In this document: positions 55,847 to 64,000 of the stretch, in pieces | How positions within the stretch are numbered: the first letter of the stretch is position 1 | Layout: every line of letters begins with the position of its first letter | Origin: Prochlorococcus sp. HOT208_60m_813B04 | GTDB lineage: Bacteria; Cyanobacteriota; Cyanobacteriia; PCC-6307; Cyanobiaceae | Assembly (NCBI GenBank): GCA_002025975.1 | Contig: MWOU01000110.1 | Coordinates: 312 to 64,311, forward strand | DNA length: 64,000 bases | Direction: 5' to 3' | The notes under the pieces: generated by a model | The model's database searches: none | What the model was told of the DNA's origin: nothing | What the model saw: only the letters and a program-made list of their open reading frames with translations | Translations under genes and position numbers: made by a program

Positions 55847-56821
55847 ATGGATAATCCTTGGAAATCATTAAAGCCTGGAATATTAAAAGCAATTTCAAAA
55901 GAGGTTCAAGCTCATAAATTTTATTGGTATGTAGAAGAAAATAATCTTAATCCTTGCTTACGTTTTAGGATAAGAAAAGAAACAACTCCTAATCCTGCCA
56001 GAAATAAACTTCCTCAAATAAGTTATATAAGCTTTGGTATTGCCACTCTAGATTACCGCTACTTAAGCGTAGAATTACACGATAAAAGTTACGAAGATAT
56101 TTTTCTTGAGTTCTGTAATCTTTTGATTAAATCAACATTAGAAATAGAAGAAGAAGAAGTTGCTTTAAATGTTTTTGTGAAGAGAGCTTGGAGATGGCAA
56201 GTTCTACTTTCAAAAACAAGAGAGAAGAAACTAAGTGAAGAGAAACAAAAAGGACTTATTGGCGAATTATTCTTTCTTGATAAATTTCTTTTCCCACGAT
56301 TTAGAAAAAAAATTTCAGTTGATAATTGGTTTGGGCCAAAAGGCTCTAAAGATTTTCAATTTACAAAATTTCATGTCGAGATAAAATCAAAAAGTTCAGG
56401 ATCAACACCGACAATTTCAATATCATCTGAAAAGCAACTTAAGATAATTGAGGGCACTAAACTATTTATTGCGGTTTTTGGAATAGATAAATCAGATTCA
56501 AAAGAATCTTTATCAGTTCATGATTGGTGTAATAAAATTACCGATAAAATTTTTGATTCTGATGACATTATTGTTCTTGGAGAATTCAATAATAAACTTA
56601 ATAAATATGGTTATTCTGAAGAGCAAGATTATTCAGAGGAAAAATGGGAAATTAAAGAGATTATTTATTATGAGGTAACTGATGAATTTCCTAAATTAGT
56701 TTTTGATGAAATTTCTCCTGCAATTGCTAATGTGAATTACTCGATTGATATGAATCAATTAACTCCATTTCAAATACCTAAGGAAGAATTAGAGGTATTT
56801 TTAGATGATGTTAAATCTTAA
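55847..56821 (+). CDS. DUF4420 PD-(D/E)XK motif protein (MzaD-like)
   Basis: QKGLIGELFFL...WFGP..SKDF...VEIKS...ISISSEKQL. Confidence 0.85.
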   Translation: MDNPWKSLKPGILKAISKEVQAHKFYWYVEENNLNPCLRFRIRKETTPNPARNKLPQISYISFGIATLDYRYLSVELHDKSYEDIFLEFCNLLIKSTLEIEEEEVALNVFVKRAWRWQVLLSKTREKKLSEEKQKGLIGELFFLDKFLFPRFRKKISVDNWFGPKGSKDFQFTKFHVEIKSKSSGSTPTISISSEKQLKIIEGTKLFIAVFGIDKSDSKESLSVHDWCNKITDKIFDSDDIIVLGEFNNKLNKYGYSEEQDYSEEKWEIKEIIYYEVTDEFPKLVFDEISPAIANVNYSIDMNQLTPFQIPKEELEVFLDDVKS

Positions 56822-58871
56822 AGAGTTTTTAGATAATTTATCTTTTGAAGTCGATTCAAATGCTGAAACAACAGGAGCATTAAAAGAAGATTCTTTCTTT
56901 GAATGTTTTACTGATTACTTAATTGAAGCAGGAGAATTAGATACTGCAGATAGATGTTATTTCGTTAAAAAAGGAATTAAGATTGACGGTTATGGAGGAG
57001 ATCCAATTGATTCTGAAAATTGTTTAAATGTAATTGTTTGTGATTACTCTTCTTCTAATGAGATCGAGAATGTTTATAAGAATGATATAGAAAATGTTTG
57101 CAAAAGATCAACTAACTTTATTTCTAAATGTTTAGACAAATCATTTTTAAATGAACTTGATAATTCAAGTCCAGAATATGGATTTGCAGATATGATAAGA
57201 ATTAGATGGGAATTTATAGAAAAAATAAAAGTAATTTTTATAACCAATAAATCTTTAAGTATTAGAAAAACAGAATTCGAACCTATTCCCGTAAATGGTA
57301 TCAATGCCGAATTTATATGTTGGGATTTAAATCGTCTTCAACAATATATAAATTCCGGTAAAGAAAGAGAGGAAATATCTATAGATTTGCCAAATTATGG
57401 AGGATCGATTTCAGCACTTCAAGCATTTGGAATTGATAGTCCATTTAAAAGTTATTTATGTGTGATGCCTGGGAAAACATTGGCAAATATTTATGAAAAA
57501 TGGGGGAATAGATTACTCGAAAAAAATGTACGTGTTTTTCTCCAAGCAAAAGTCAAGGTTAATAAAGGGATAAGAAAAACTATTGAGAAAGAACCTAATA
57601 TGTTTTTTGGATATAACAATGGGATTACAGCAACTGCATCTGAAATAGAGTATGCAGTAACGCAACATGGAGTGGCAATAAGTAAGTTAGTTGACTTTCA
57701 AATCGTAAATGGTGGTCAAACTACTGCATCAATTTATGATGCAAAGAAAAGAGGAATAAATTTAGAATGTGTTAACGTCCAAATGAAATTGTCTGTAGTT
57801 AAAGAGGAAATTTCTAAGGAAATAGTTCCGAAGATTTCAGAATTTGCTAATAGCCAAAATAAAGTTAGTTCTGCGGATTTCTTTTCGAACCATCCTTTCC
57901 ATGTTGTCATAGAAGATTTCTCAAGAAGAATAATTGCTCCTCCTAAGAAAGGAAGCACATTACAAACAAAATGGTTCTATGAGAGAGCAAGGGGACAATA
58001 TGCAGAAGCAAAATCACAATCAAATACTCCCTCTGAAAGAAAAAAATTTGATGCTATAAATCCTAGAAGCCAATTAGTTAAAAAAACTGATTTAGCAATA
58101 GTTATGAATACATTCAGGGGATTTCCACATATCGTAAGTAAAGGAGCAGATAAAAATTTCTCAAACTTTTCCGATGAAATTAAAAAATTATGGAAGGAAG
58201 ATAAAGAAAATAATTTAAAGTTTAATGAGCAATATTTCAAATCCGCAATGTGCAGGGTTCTAATTTTCAGAACACTTCAGAAATTAGTTTCAGGACAAGA
58301 TTGGTATGAGGGTGGTTATAGAAGAAACATAGTTACTTATGCTATTTCAAAATTACAACTGATTTTGGCCTCTAAAGGTAAAAGAATTAATTACCAAAAA
58401 ATTTGGGGACAACAATATATTCCAGAAGAGATGGAAGAATTTTTGATTTATATTTCTAAAATAACTCTTGATCATTTAGTTAATACACCTCCTGGCAATT
58501 CAAACGTTACTGAATATGCAAAAACAGAAAAATGTTGGGAAGAATTCAAAAAAGTAGAAATTGAATTACCATCTAATTCATCAAAATTTCTAATAAGTAA
58601 ATCTAGAGATTCTGAGATTCTTAAAGAAGGAGAAAAGAAACAAGAATTTATAAATGAAATCGATCTTCAAAAACAAGTAATTAATTATGGAGGAAGTTTT
58701 TGGGCAAAAGTTCTTGAATATAGTAGTCAAAATAATTTATTAACTCAAAGAGATTGGACGCTTCTAAATAGTGCAACTGCAATTCCAAGAAAAATACCTG
58801 CATCTGAAAAAGATTTTAAAATGCTTATGAAATTATTAGAGAGAGCAAGAAAAAGAGGTTTTAATAATTAG
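56805..58871 (+). CDS. AIPR family protein (MzaE-like)
   Basis: RLLEKNVRVFL, FFGYNNGIT, QIVNGGQTTASI, ANSQNKV, WFYERARGQY. Confidence 0.9.
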   Translation: MMLNLKEFLDNLSFEVDSNAETTGALKEDSFFECFTDYLIEAGELDTADRCYFVKKGIKIDGYGGDPIDSENCLNVIVCDYSSSNEIENVYKNDIENVCKRSTNFISKCLDKSFLNELDNSSPEYGFADMIRIRWEFIEKIKVIFITNKSLSIRKTEFEPIPVNGINAEFICWDLNRLQQYINSGKEREEISIDLPNYGGSISALQAFGIDSPFKSYLCVMPGKTLANIYEKWGNRLLEKNVRVFLQAKVKVNKGIRKTIEKEPNMFFGYNNGITATASEIEYAVTQHGVAISKLVDFQIVNGGQTTASIYDAKKRGINLECVNVQMKLSVVKEEISKEIVPKISEFANSQNKVSSADFFSNHPFHVVIEDFSRRIIAPPKKGSTLQTKWFYERARGQYAEAKSQSNTPSERKKFDAINPRSQLVKKTDLAIVMNTFRGFPHIVSKGADKNFSNFSDEIKKLWKEDKENNLKFNEQYFKSAMCRVLIFRTLQKLVSGQDWYEGGYRRNIVTYAISKLQLILASKGKRINYQKIWGQQYIPEEMEEFLIYISKITLDHLVNTPPGNSNVTEYAKTEKCWEEFKKVEIELPSNSSKFLISKSRDSEILKEGEKKQEFINEIDLQKQVINYGGSFWAKVLEYSSQNNLLTQRDWTLLNSATAIPRKIPASEKDFKMLMKLLERARKRGFNN

Positions 58872-58893
58872 CTTTTAAAATTTAATTTTTAAA

Positions 58894-59997
58894 TCATGCA
58901 CAAATAGGAATGGTTTCTTTTTCCTCTGTTCTTTTATTCCTAAAAATATAAAAACTCATTGATTTTGCAATTTCCTCAATAACGGGAACAACCACTGAAT
59001 TACCAAATTGTCTATATGCCTGAGAATCAGAAACTGGAATTATAAAATTTGATTCACCGCTTTTATCAAAACCCATCAACCTTGCGCATTCTCTTGGGGT
59101 TAGTCTTCTTGGATTCTTTTTATCTCCCTGATATATCAATATCTCAGCGCCATCTTTGTGGTATCTGGCAGATAAAGTTCTTGCAACATCTTCACGTTTA
59201 CATAATCCAAAGCCAAATCCATTACCTTTGGCTCTATGTTTTTTTTCATACATTCTGAGATAGTCCCATAATTTATTAGTGATTGTGTATTTCTCATTTA
59301 CTTTTGAATGATGAGGAATAGTGTATGGTTCTTCAAAAGTTTCAGATCCATCTTCTGGATGAAGCACTGAAGATAATGTTGGACCTTTAGAAAAATCAGG
59401 AATAATTAAATCATCAAAATTAAAATTGTTTTCTTCCCTAAAACCGACAATATAAATTCTCTGTCTATTTTGAGGCACATAAGATTTTGCATTTATTACA
59501 CGATATTGAACTTTATAACCAAGCTTATTTTTTAAAACATCAAGAATAGTTTTAAAGGTCTGACCTTTGTCATGACTTTTCAGATTTTTTACATTTTCCA
59601 GAAGAAACGCTTTGGGTCTATGGTGCTCAAGAATTCTTGCTATTTCGAAAAATAAAGTTCCCTGGATCTTGCAATCAAAGCCATGAGATTTACCAAGTGA
59701 ATTTTTTTTACTTACTCCTGCAAGACTGAATGGCTGGCATGGGAATCCAGCAAGTAAAACATCATGGTTTGGTATTGATTTTGTATCCACATCTCTAATA
59801 TCACCAGCAAATAAATGATTTGTCTGGAAGTTAGCTTTATAAGTTTCTTGAGCAAATTTATCTATCTCACTTGTAAAAACACAATTTCCACCAATTGATT
59901 CAAAACCTTTTCTAAAGCCACCTATGCCTGCAAAAAGATCAATAAAATCAAACTGCTTTGGTAAAATATTTAATTTGCTAACTTGAGATTCTTGAAT
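58894..59997 (-). CDS. dcm: DNA (cytosine-5) methyltransferase, Dcm/M.EcoRII-like; start probably ATT 59997
   Basis: Frame is open upstream of the track's GTG (59790) and includes motif [11 protein letters not shown]; [39 protein letters not shown]. Confidence 0.88.
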   Translation of the reverse strand: MQESQVSKLNILPKQFDFIDLFAGIGGFRKGFESIGGNCVFTSEIDKFAQETYKANFQTNHLFAGDIRDVDTKSIPNHDVLLAGFPCQPFSLAGVSKKNSLGKSHGFDCKIQGTLFFEIARILEHHRPKAFLLENVKNLKSHDKGQTFKTILDVLKNKLGYKVQYRVINAKSYVPQNRQRIYIVGFREENNFNFDDLIIPDFSKGPTLSSVLHPEDGSETFEEPYTIPHHSKVNEKYTITNKLWDYLRMYEKKHRAKGNGFGFGLCKREDVARTLSARYHKDGAEILIYQGDKKNPRRLTPRECARLMGFDKSGESNFIIPVSDSQAYRQFGNSVVVPVIEEIAKSMSFYIFRNKRTEEKETIPICA

Positions 59998-60022
59998 CTT
60001 TCTTCTCTTAAATTCTTATTTA

Positions 60023-60050
60023 ATATGGCACCGAGATTTATAAAGTCAAC
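60023..60050 (-). promoter_or_regulatory. Candidate sigma70 promoter for the methyltransferase
   Basis: Minus strand TTGACT-N16-CATATT with TG one base upstream (extended -10-like). Confidence 0.45.
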
Positions 60051-60057
60051 CAATTTA

Positions 60058-60474
60058 TTAACTAAAAACATCAATTATTTTATCTCTTAAATTTTCTATA
60101 TTTTTTGTTTCACATTCCCAGATAACAACAGATCTCCAATTGAGATTTTTTATTTTATCCTGAATTTCTGAATCCCTTTTTATATTTTCTTCGAATTTTT
60201 TGTTCCAGAATTCCTGCCTTGTTTTTGGAGTGGAGGCATACTTACAATTCTCATGCCTATGCCAGAAACATCCGTGGACAAAGATAACAGTTTTAAATTT
60301 TGGGAGAACGATATCTGGAGAACCCGGTAAATCTTTTGAATGAAGTCTGAATCTATATCCCATAGAATGTAGAACTTTTCTTACCTTGATTTCAGGCTTT
60401 GTATTCTTCGATTTAATGGCAGACATATTCCTTGATCTCTGCTCACTTACCTTATGTATTACTTCAACACTCAT
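60058..60474 (-). CDS. vsr: Very short patch repair endonuclease
   Basis: RSRNMSAIKSKNTKPE, LPGSPDIV, FVHGCFWHRH, WECE. Confidence 0.95.
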   Translation of the reverse strand: MSVEVIHKVSEQRSRNMSAIKSKNTKPEIKVRKVLHSMGYRFRLHSKDLPGSPDIVLPKFKTVIFVHGCFWHRHENCKYASTPKTRQEFWNKKFEENIKRDSEIQDKIKNLNWRSVVIWECETKNIENLRDKIIDVFS

Positions 60475-60791
60475 CTAAACAATCAGTTTTAAACAATATA
60501 CTCACCATCACCCTATAGATACCTATATACAGTACGTTCATTATGTGTTTACACACATACCCACATATAAGATATAAGTAGTTTAGTTGTAGTTGAGAGT
60601 TGTTTATTTTCAGTACTTGCAATGATGATGTACACACATCCAGTAAGTAGTCCTCACTTAATTTCTTGTCTTTTTACCCCCTCTTCCCGTGTCTTATGGT
60701 GGGGTTGGATAAATCGTTGCTATAACTGGGATCTCAGAGGTCAGCATTTTGCCCTAAATTTATATATATTTAACATAGATTGTCTTAAGTA

Positions 60792-60983
60792 ATGCCACTA
60801 TCGTCATACCGGATGCACAGAATTTATCTTGCAGCGACCATGAATTATGGTCTCGGTTCTGATGATCCTGAAGAGTTGGCATACTACAACAAAATCAGAA
60901 AAGAGATGGATGATATGAAAAAAGAACCAGTAAAAAAAGGGATACCCCTTAATTGGGATACCCCCGAAGGAATGGATAAATGA
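60792..60983 (+). CDS. Hypothetical island protein
   Basis: ATG ORF; stop overlaps the next small ORF (ATGA). Confidence 0.6.
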   Translation: MPLSSYRMHRIYLAATMNYGLGSDDPEELAYYNKIRKEMDDMKKEPVKKGIPLNWDTPEGMDK

Positions 60984-61084
60984 ATCTGAATACTTTTTTA
61001 TTAATTGATGGGAGTCTGATGCTTATTGGTCTGCCTTTGTTGATGATTTTTAAAGGGAAAAAAACTAATCGAAATCATTCATGA
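60980..61084 (+). CDS. 34-aa single-TM peptide
   Basis: MNLNTFLLIDGSLMLIGLPLLMIFKGKKTNRNHS*; ATGA-coupled. Confidence 0.45.
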   Translation: MNLNTFLLIDGSLMLIGLPLLMIFKGKKTNRNHS

Positions 61085-61211
61085 TTTTAACCATATCCAA
61101 ATTCAATTGTTGATCCTTTATCCGTATAAGGGGGTTCCTCAAACCGTACATATTTATTAGTCGGATAGCTTGCCTGACTAGTTAGAACATAGTTGTAGTC
61201 GTCATGAGCAA

Positions 61212-61349
61212 ATGTCTACCAAATCCACTCTAAAAGAAGATCATCAATCTGAGATTGAAGAAAGATCAGAAGAAGAACTTCTTGAGGAAGAAATCAGGAA
61301 TCAGCAAACATTGGATAGCTTTGTTGCATCTGATAAGAACTGGAGCTGA
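61212..61349 (+). CDS. 45-aa acidic peptide
   Basis: MSTKSTLKEDHQSEIEERSEEELLEEEIRNQQTLDSFVASDKNWS*. Confidence 0.5.
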   Translation: MSTKSTLKEDHQSEIEERSEEELLEEEIRNQQTLDSFVASDKNWS

Positions 61350-61376
61350 TCAAAACTTATTTATTAGGAGAAAGTT

Positions 61377-61562
61377 ATGAACTTAAATAGATCACCATTC
61401 TCAATCTTGAATAAAGAGAGTAGAGAAATTGACTATATCAAAGGAGTTTACAAGAGAAAAATTCAAGCTGAAATTGAATCCTATAAATATCCCGAAGATG
61501 AAGATAAGAGAGATACTATCCAAGCTCAAGATATATTGATGCTTGATAGGATCTCAATTTAG
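61377..61562 (+). CDS. Hypothetical protein
   Basis: AGGAG Shine-Dalgarno before ATG. Confidence 0.6.
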   Translation: MNLNRSPFSILNKESREIDYIKGVYKRKIQAEIESYKYPEDEDKRDTIQAQDILMLDRISI

Positions 61563-61861
61563 TTATTCTTTTTTTTCTTCTTCTTATCCTTTTTTTTCTT
61601 CTTTACCTTTTCATAAACCTCATCAGCCTTCTGTTCAATATTATCCAGCTTATTTGATAGTTCCTTTAAAGTTTCTGCTTTTCCTTCTTTAATTACGGTA
61701 TTTTTTAGTTCAATAATTTTAACAGGCTCTTCTTTAACTAAGGTATCTTTTGTCTCTTCAGTTTTAATTCCAAACTTACCTTTAATAAAATTGGTTATAA
61801 AAATAAGAACAGGTACATGAGCTAAACCGCCTATTACTATTCTTGTTTCTGAATAAGCCAT
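61559..61861 (-). CDS. Hypothetical protein with N-terminal hydrophobic segment and poly-Lys tail
   Basis: ORF track. Confidence 0.55.
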   Translation of the reverse strand: MAYSETRIVIGGLAHVPVLIFITNFIKGKFGIKTEETKDTLVKEEPVKIIELKNTVIKEGKAETLKELSNKLDNIEQKADEVYEKVKKKKKDKKKKKKNN

Positions 61862-62002
61862 TTTATAGTTAAAAAGAACTGAGATATTTAAGCATGAATT
61901 TAATTTTTAAATTCCTTTTATTAAGCCAATAAACATTAATAATCATTTCTTGATTCGTAGATCAAAAATCTTGCTATTAATTAAGTAGAGACTTTTTTTT
62001 AA

Positions 62003-62092
62003 ATGCCATTAGACGTATTTCTAATGAACATGTGTGTTGTAGTTATAGCATTGCTTATCAGAAGAGAAATCAAACTTAAGAAGGCTAGATAG
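62003..62092 (+). CDS. 29-aa hydrophobic/basic peptide
   Basis: MPLDVFLMNMCVVVIALLIRREIKLKKAR*. Confidence 0.4.
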   Translation: MPLDVFLMNMCVVVIALLIRREIKLKKAR

Positions 62093-62095
62093 ATT

Positions 62096-62215
62096 ATGAA
62101 GACACAAATTTTAAAAGAGCATTACATTCCAAATATCCATGCTATTACTATTTTACTAATGCTTCTTCTATGTCTATGGTTACCTCTAGCACTCAGATTC
62201 TTATTAATAATTTAG
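62096..62215 (+). CDS. 39-aa hydrophobic peptide
   Basis: MKTQILKEHYIPNIHAITILLMLLLCLWLPLALRFLLII*, 3 bp after the previous stop. Confidence 0.4.
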   Translation: MKTQILKEHYIPNIHAITILLMLLLCLWLPLALRFLLII

Positions 62216-62243
62216 TCGAATTAAATAGTTAATACTCTTATCC

Positions 62244-62633
62244 TTAAACTCTGCTATATCCTAATTTTGTTTTAAAGATCTTATATGGAACTCCTGTTCC
62301 GTTCATGGCTTCAATAACTTTATCTCCCACAGTTCCGTAAAATTCAACAGAAAGATCAGTTCCCAGTTCAGCATGAGCCTCAAGATAAACAGCTAATGCT
62401 GGATTAGCTAAATGAGCTAGTAAAGCATCATCATTTTTATAAACTTCTGACCATACGAAACGAAGAGGGTCTTCAGGATCTTGATCAAAAGTGTGATGGA
62501 GCATTCCTGGTTCCTCAGCTTCAACAGCTTTATCAGTCTTATCTGCAATTTCTAAGTATTCTGCAACCTTATCTTCCTTAACTTTAAGTTTTGCAAGAAG
62601 CATAAATGGAGTATCTGATCCAAAAATAGACAT
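62244..62633 (-). CDS. Antibiotic biosynthesis monooxygenase (ABM)-like protein
   Basis: EEPGMLHHTFDQDPEDPLRFVWSEVYKNDDALLAHLANP; start at MSIFGS preferred. Confidence 0.75.
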   Translation of the reverse strand: MSIFGSDTPFMLLAKLKVKEDKVAEYLEIADKTDKAVEAEEPGMLHHTFDQDPEDPLRFVWSEVYKNDDALLAHLANPALAVYLEAHAELGTDLSVEFYGTVGDKVIEAMNGTGVPYKIFKTKLGYSRV

Positions 62634-62967
62634 AAAAAAAAGACTCTTGCGAGCCTGAGTGATGGGGATTTCTATCATGACAAATTAATTAGATACAAAC
62701 AACTCCATCAATAGTTAATTTTTATTACTTACAAACACCATATGTAGTGCTAGGATTTTAAAAAAGGCTGGGTGATGGGGATTATCCCGCTTTTTGATTG
62801 GGGCGAAACTAACGCCTTTTTTTATGGGTATAACTTTTTAATAGCTTCTTGTTGTTCTTGTTTTTTTATTTCTTCAGCATCATAAACAGGACAAGTATTC
62901 TGATTTAGTGATGAGAAAAAAACACTTTTTTTAAAAGGTTTGAATATGGGAGTCAATAGTAAAATTT

Positions 62968-63471
62968 TCATTTTTTATATTTGCTTAATTGCTCAAACAT
63001 ACTTAAATACTGCAGAGGGAACACGCTGGTTAAACTTTCTATTCTCTCTTCATCTAATACAACACCCTCTGGTAATTTTTTTACTAACTTTGGAATAGCT
63101 TTTTTTGTTTCTTCTCTGCAGAAGTTAATTCTATAAGTAGCTTCTTTTTTTATATTCTTTTTAATTAATCCATCTTTTTTAAGCATTGATTTTAAATCAA
63201 GATTATTTCCTTTCAGAAGAGCAATTAAAACAGTATCTGCAATTTTTAAAGCTTCCGCAGGTTCTTTATCTTTGTTTATTCCAAATATCCATGTACAGGC
63301 ACCAACTCCTAATGCTCTTGCAATACAATCATCATTTCCAATTTCATCACAAGGTAATCTAAAAGACTCTTAAATTTTTTTAACATCATATCCATTCTTT
63401 CCTTCTGGAAAACCAGCTTTAGCAGAAAAAGGAAATAAAAATAATATTGCAGCAAGAATTAATCGTTTCAC
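62968..63471 (-). pseudogene. Secreted hypothetical protein interrupted by one in-frame TAA
   Basis: GTG 63471 MKRLILAAILFLFPFSAKAGFPEGKNGYDVKKI*ESFRLPCDEIG... continues in frame into track ORF 62968-63186; stop at 63370-63372. Confidence 0.8.
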
Positions 63472-63750
63472 TTAAAAATAACTGGAAATAGCCGTTGAAT
63501 CATAAATATGACCGGCACTCTCAATTAGTGGTTTCACTTCTGGATCTTCAAACATAGCTATTGATTTACCTTCTTCACCCTGCTCAATAAGAATTACACT
63601 TGTTGGATCATCTTTCTTTACACCTTTGTATAAGCAAATAATTCCACGCTCTTTATTCATTTGTATATTTTCTTCGCTGTCATAAACCGCAGCCCATTCT
63701 TCAAAAGGGACGCTAATTTTAAATGTGAAAACGGTAGTTTCAAGAGACAT
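63472..63750 (-). CDS. DUF3764 family protein
   Basis: ETTVFTFKISVPFEEWA...LYKGV.KDDP..VILIEQ.EEG...IESAGHIYDST. Confidence 0.75.
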   Translation of the reverse strand: MSLETTVFTFKISVPFEEWAAVYDSEENIQMNKERGIICLYKGVKKDDPTSVILIEQGEEGKSIAMFEDPEVKPLIESAGHIYDSTAISSYF

Positions 63751-63797
63751 AATAAGAGGAATCTAGTAGATCCCTATTCTAGACAGACTGTCAATAA

Positions 63798-64000
63798 TCA
63801 AGAAAAAACTGGTGGATAAGGTGTTTGTCCATTCATTAATGATATGTCAATTGGTTTACAGATATTCATCAGAGCATCTTGTCCGAAACCTGGGCCAGAG
63901 GGACCGTCTATAAACTCCTGAAACTCCTCAGCTGAAATACCCTCTTTTACTTCCCAAAAACAATATACAGGACCAGTTTTAGTTACGGCATTTGCGGAAT
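63798..64000 (-). CDS. Hypothetical protein, 3' part (begins beyond the window end)
   Basis: ...SANAVTKTGPVYCFWEVKEGISAEEFQEFIDGPSGPGFGQDALMNICKPIDISLMNGQTPYPPVFS*. Confidence 0.7.
   Translation of the reverse strand, partial: SANAVTKTGPVYCFWEVKEGISAEEFQEFIDGPSGPGFGQDALMNICKPIDISLMNGQTPYPPVFS

Larger units (their letters stand above)
50922..64000. mobile_element. Genomic island anchored at tRNA-Thr (right end not in window)
   Basis: Switch from core genes to integrase remnant, defence/RM genes and small accessory ORFs directly after the tRNA. Confidence 0.8.

Noticed and set aside
51554-58871. Calling the four-gene operon entirely new
   Set aside because: Domain order matches mzaBCDE and earlier MORC/Z1 neighbourhood descriptions; only the mzaA-less, Dcm/Vsr-linked configuration is put forward as noteworthy.
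61163-61172. GGATAGCTTG also present at 50928-50937
   Set aside because: A 10-bp match outside the tRNA with no extension; compatible with chance.
50922-64000. att direct repeat of the tRNA-Thr 3' end
   Set aside because: I saw no copy of GGGTTCAAGTCCCGACGAGGGC by eye in the window; it may lie further downstream.

Overview
AT-rich picocyanobacterial chromosome segment; gene content and order fit a high-light Prochlorococcus (inferred from recalled gene order). Positions 1-50,921 are core genome (topA, birA, hisF, chlG, lepA, mqo, murE, rpsD, cysK, queA, pdhC, lipB, recO, proC-sepF-pipY-pipX, der, cobI, miaE, aroQ, tRNA-Tyr, tRNA-Thr). At about 7,203-7,209 there is an abrupt inversion-type junction: the 3' end of an aldo/keto reductase (minus strand) is joined, through a short shared sequence, to the 3' half of ndhB (plus strand), while the 5' half of ndhB lies at 1-646 on the minus strand. 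A genomic island starts right after tRNA-Thr. It holds an internally deleted tyrosine integrase and a compact operon encoding a MORC/GHKL ATPase, a Z1-domain SF2 ATPase, a DUF4420 PD-(D/E)XK protein and an AIPR protein (Mza-like, no mzaA). Convergent with that operon are a Dcm/M.EcoRII-like 5mC methyltransferase with no canonical start codon and a Vsr endonuclease, then many small island ORFs. Also present: an NtcA box plus glutamine-II riboswitch upstream of a DUF4278 peptide, a frameshifted rsmB, a nonsense-interrupted secreted-protein gene, a 99-bp coding tandem repeat and a probable DeoC pseudo-enzyme. All family calls come from reading motifs by eye, not from database searches.
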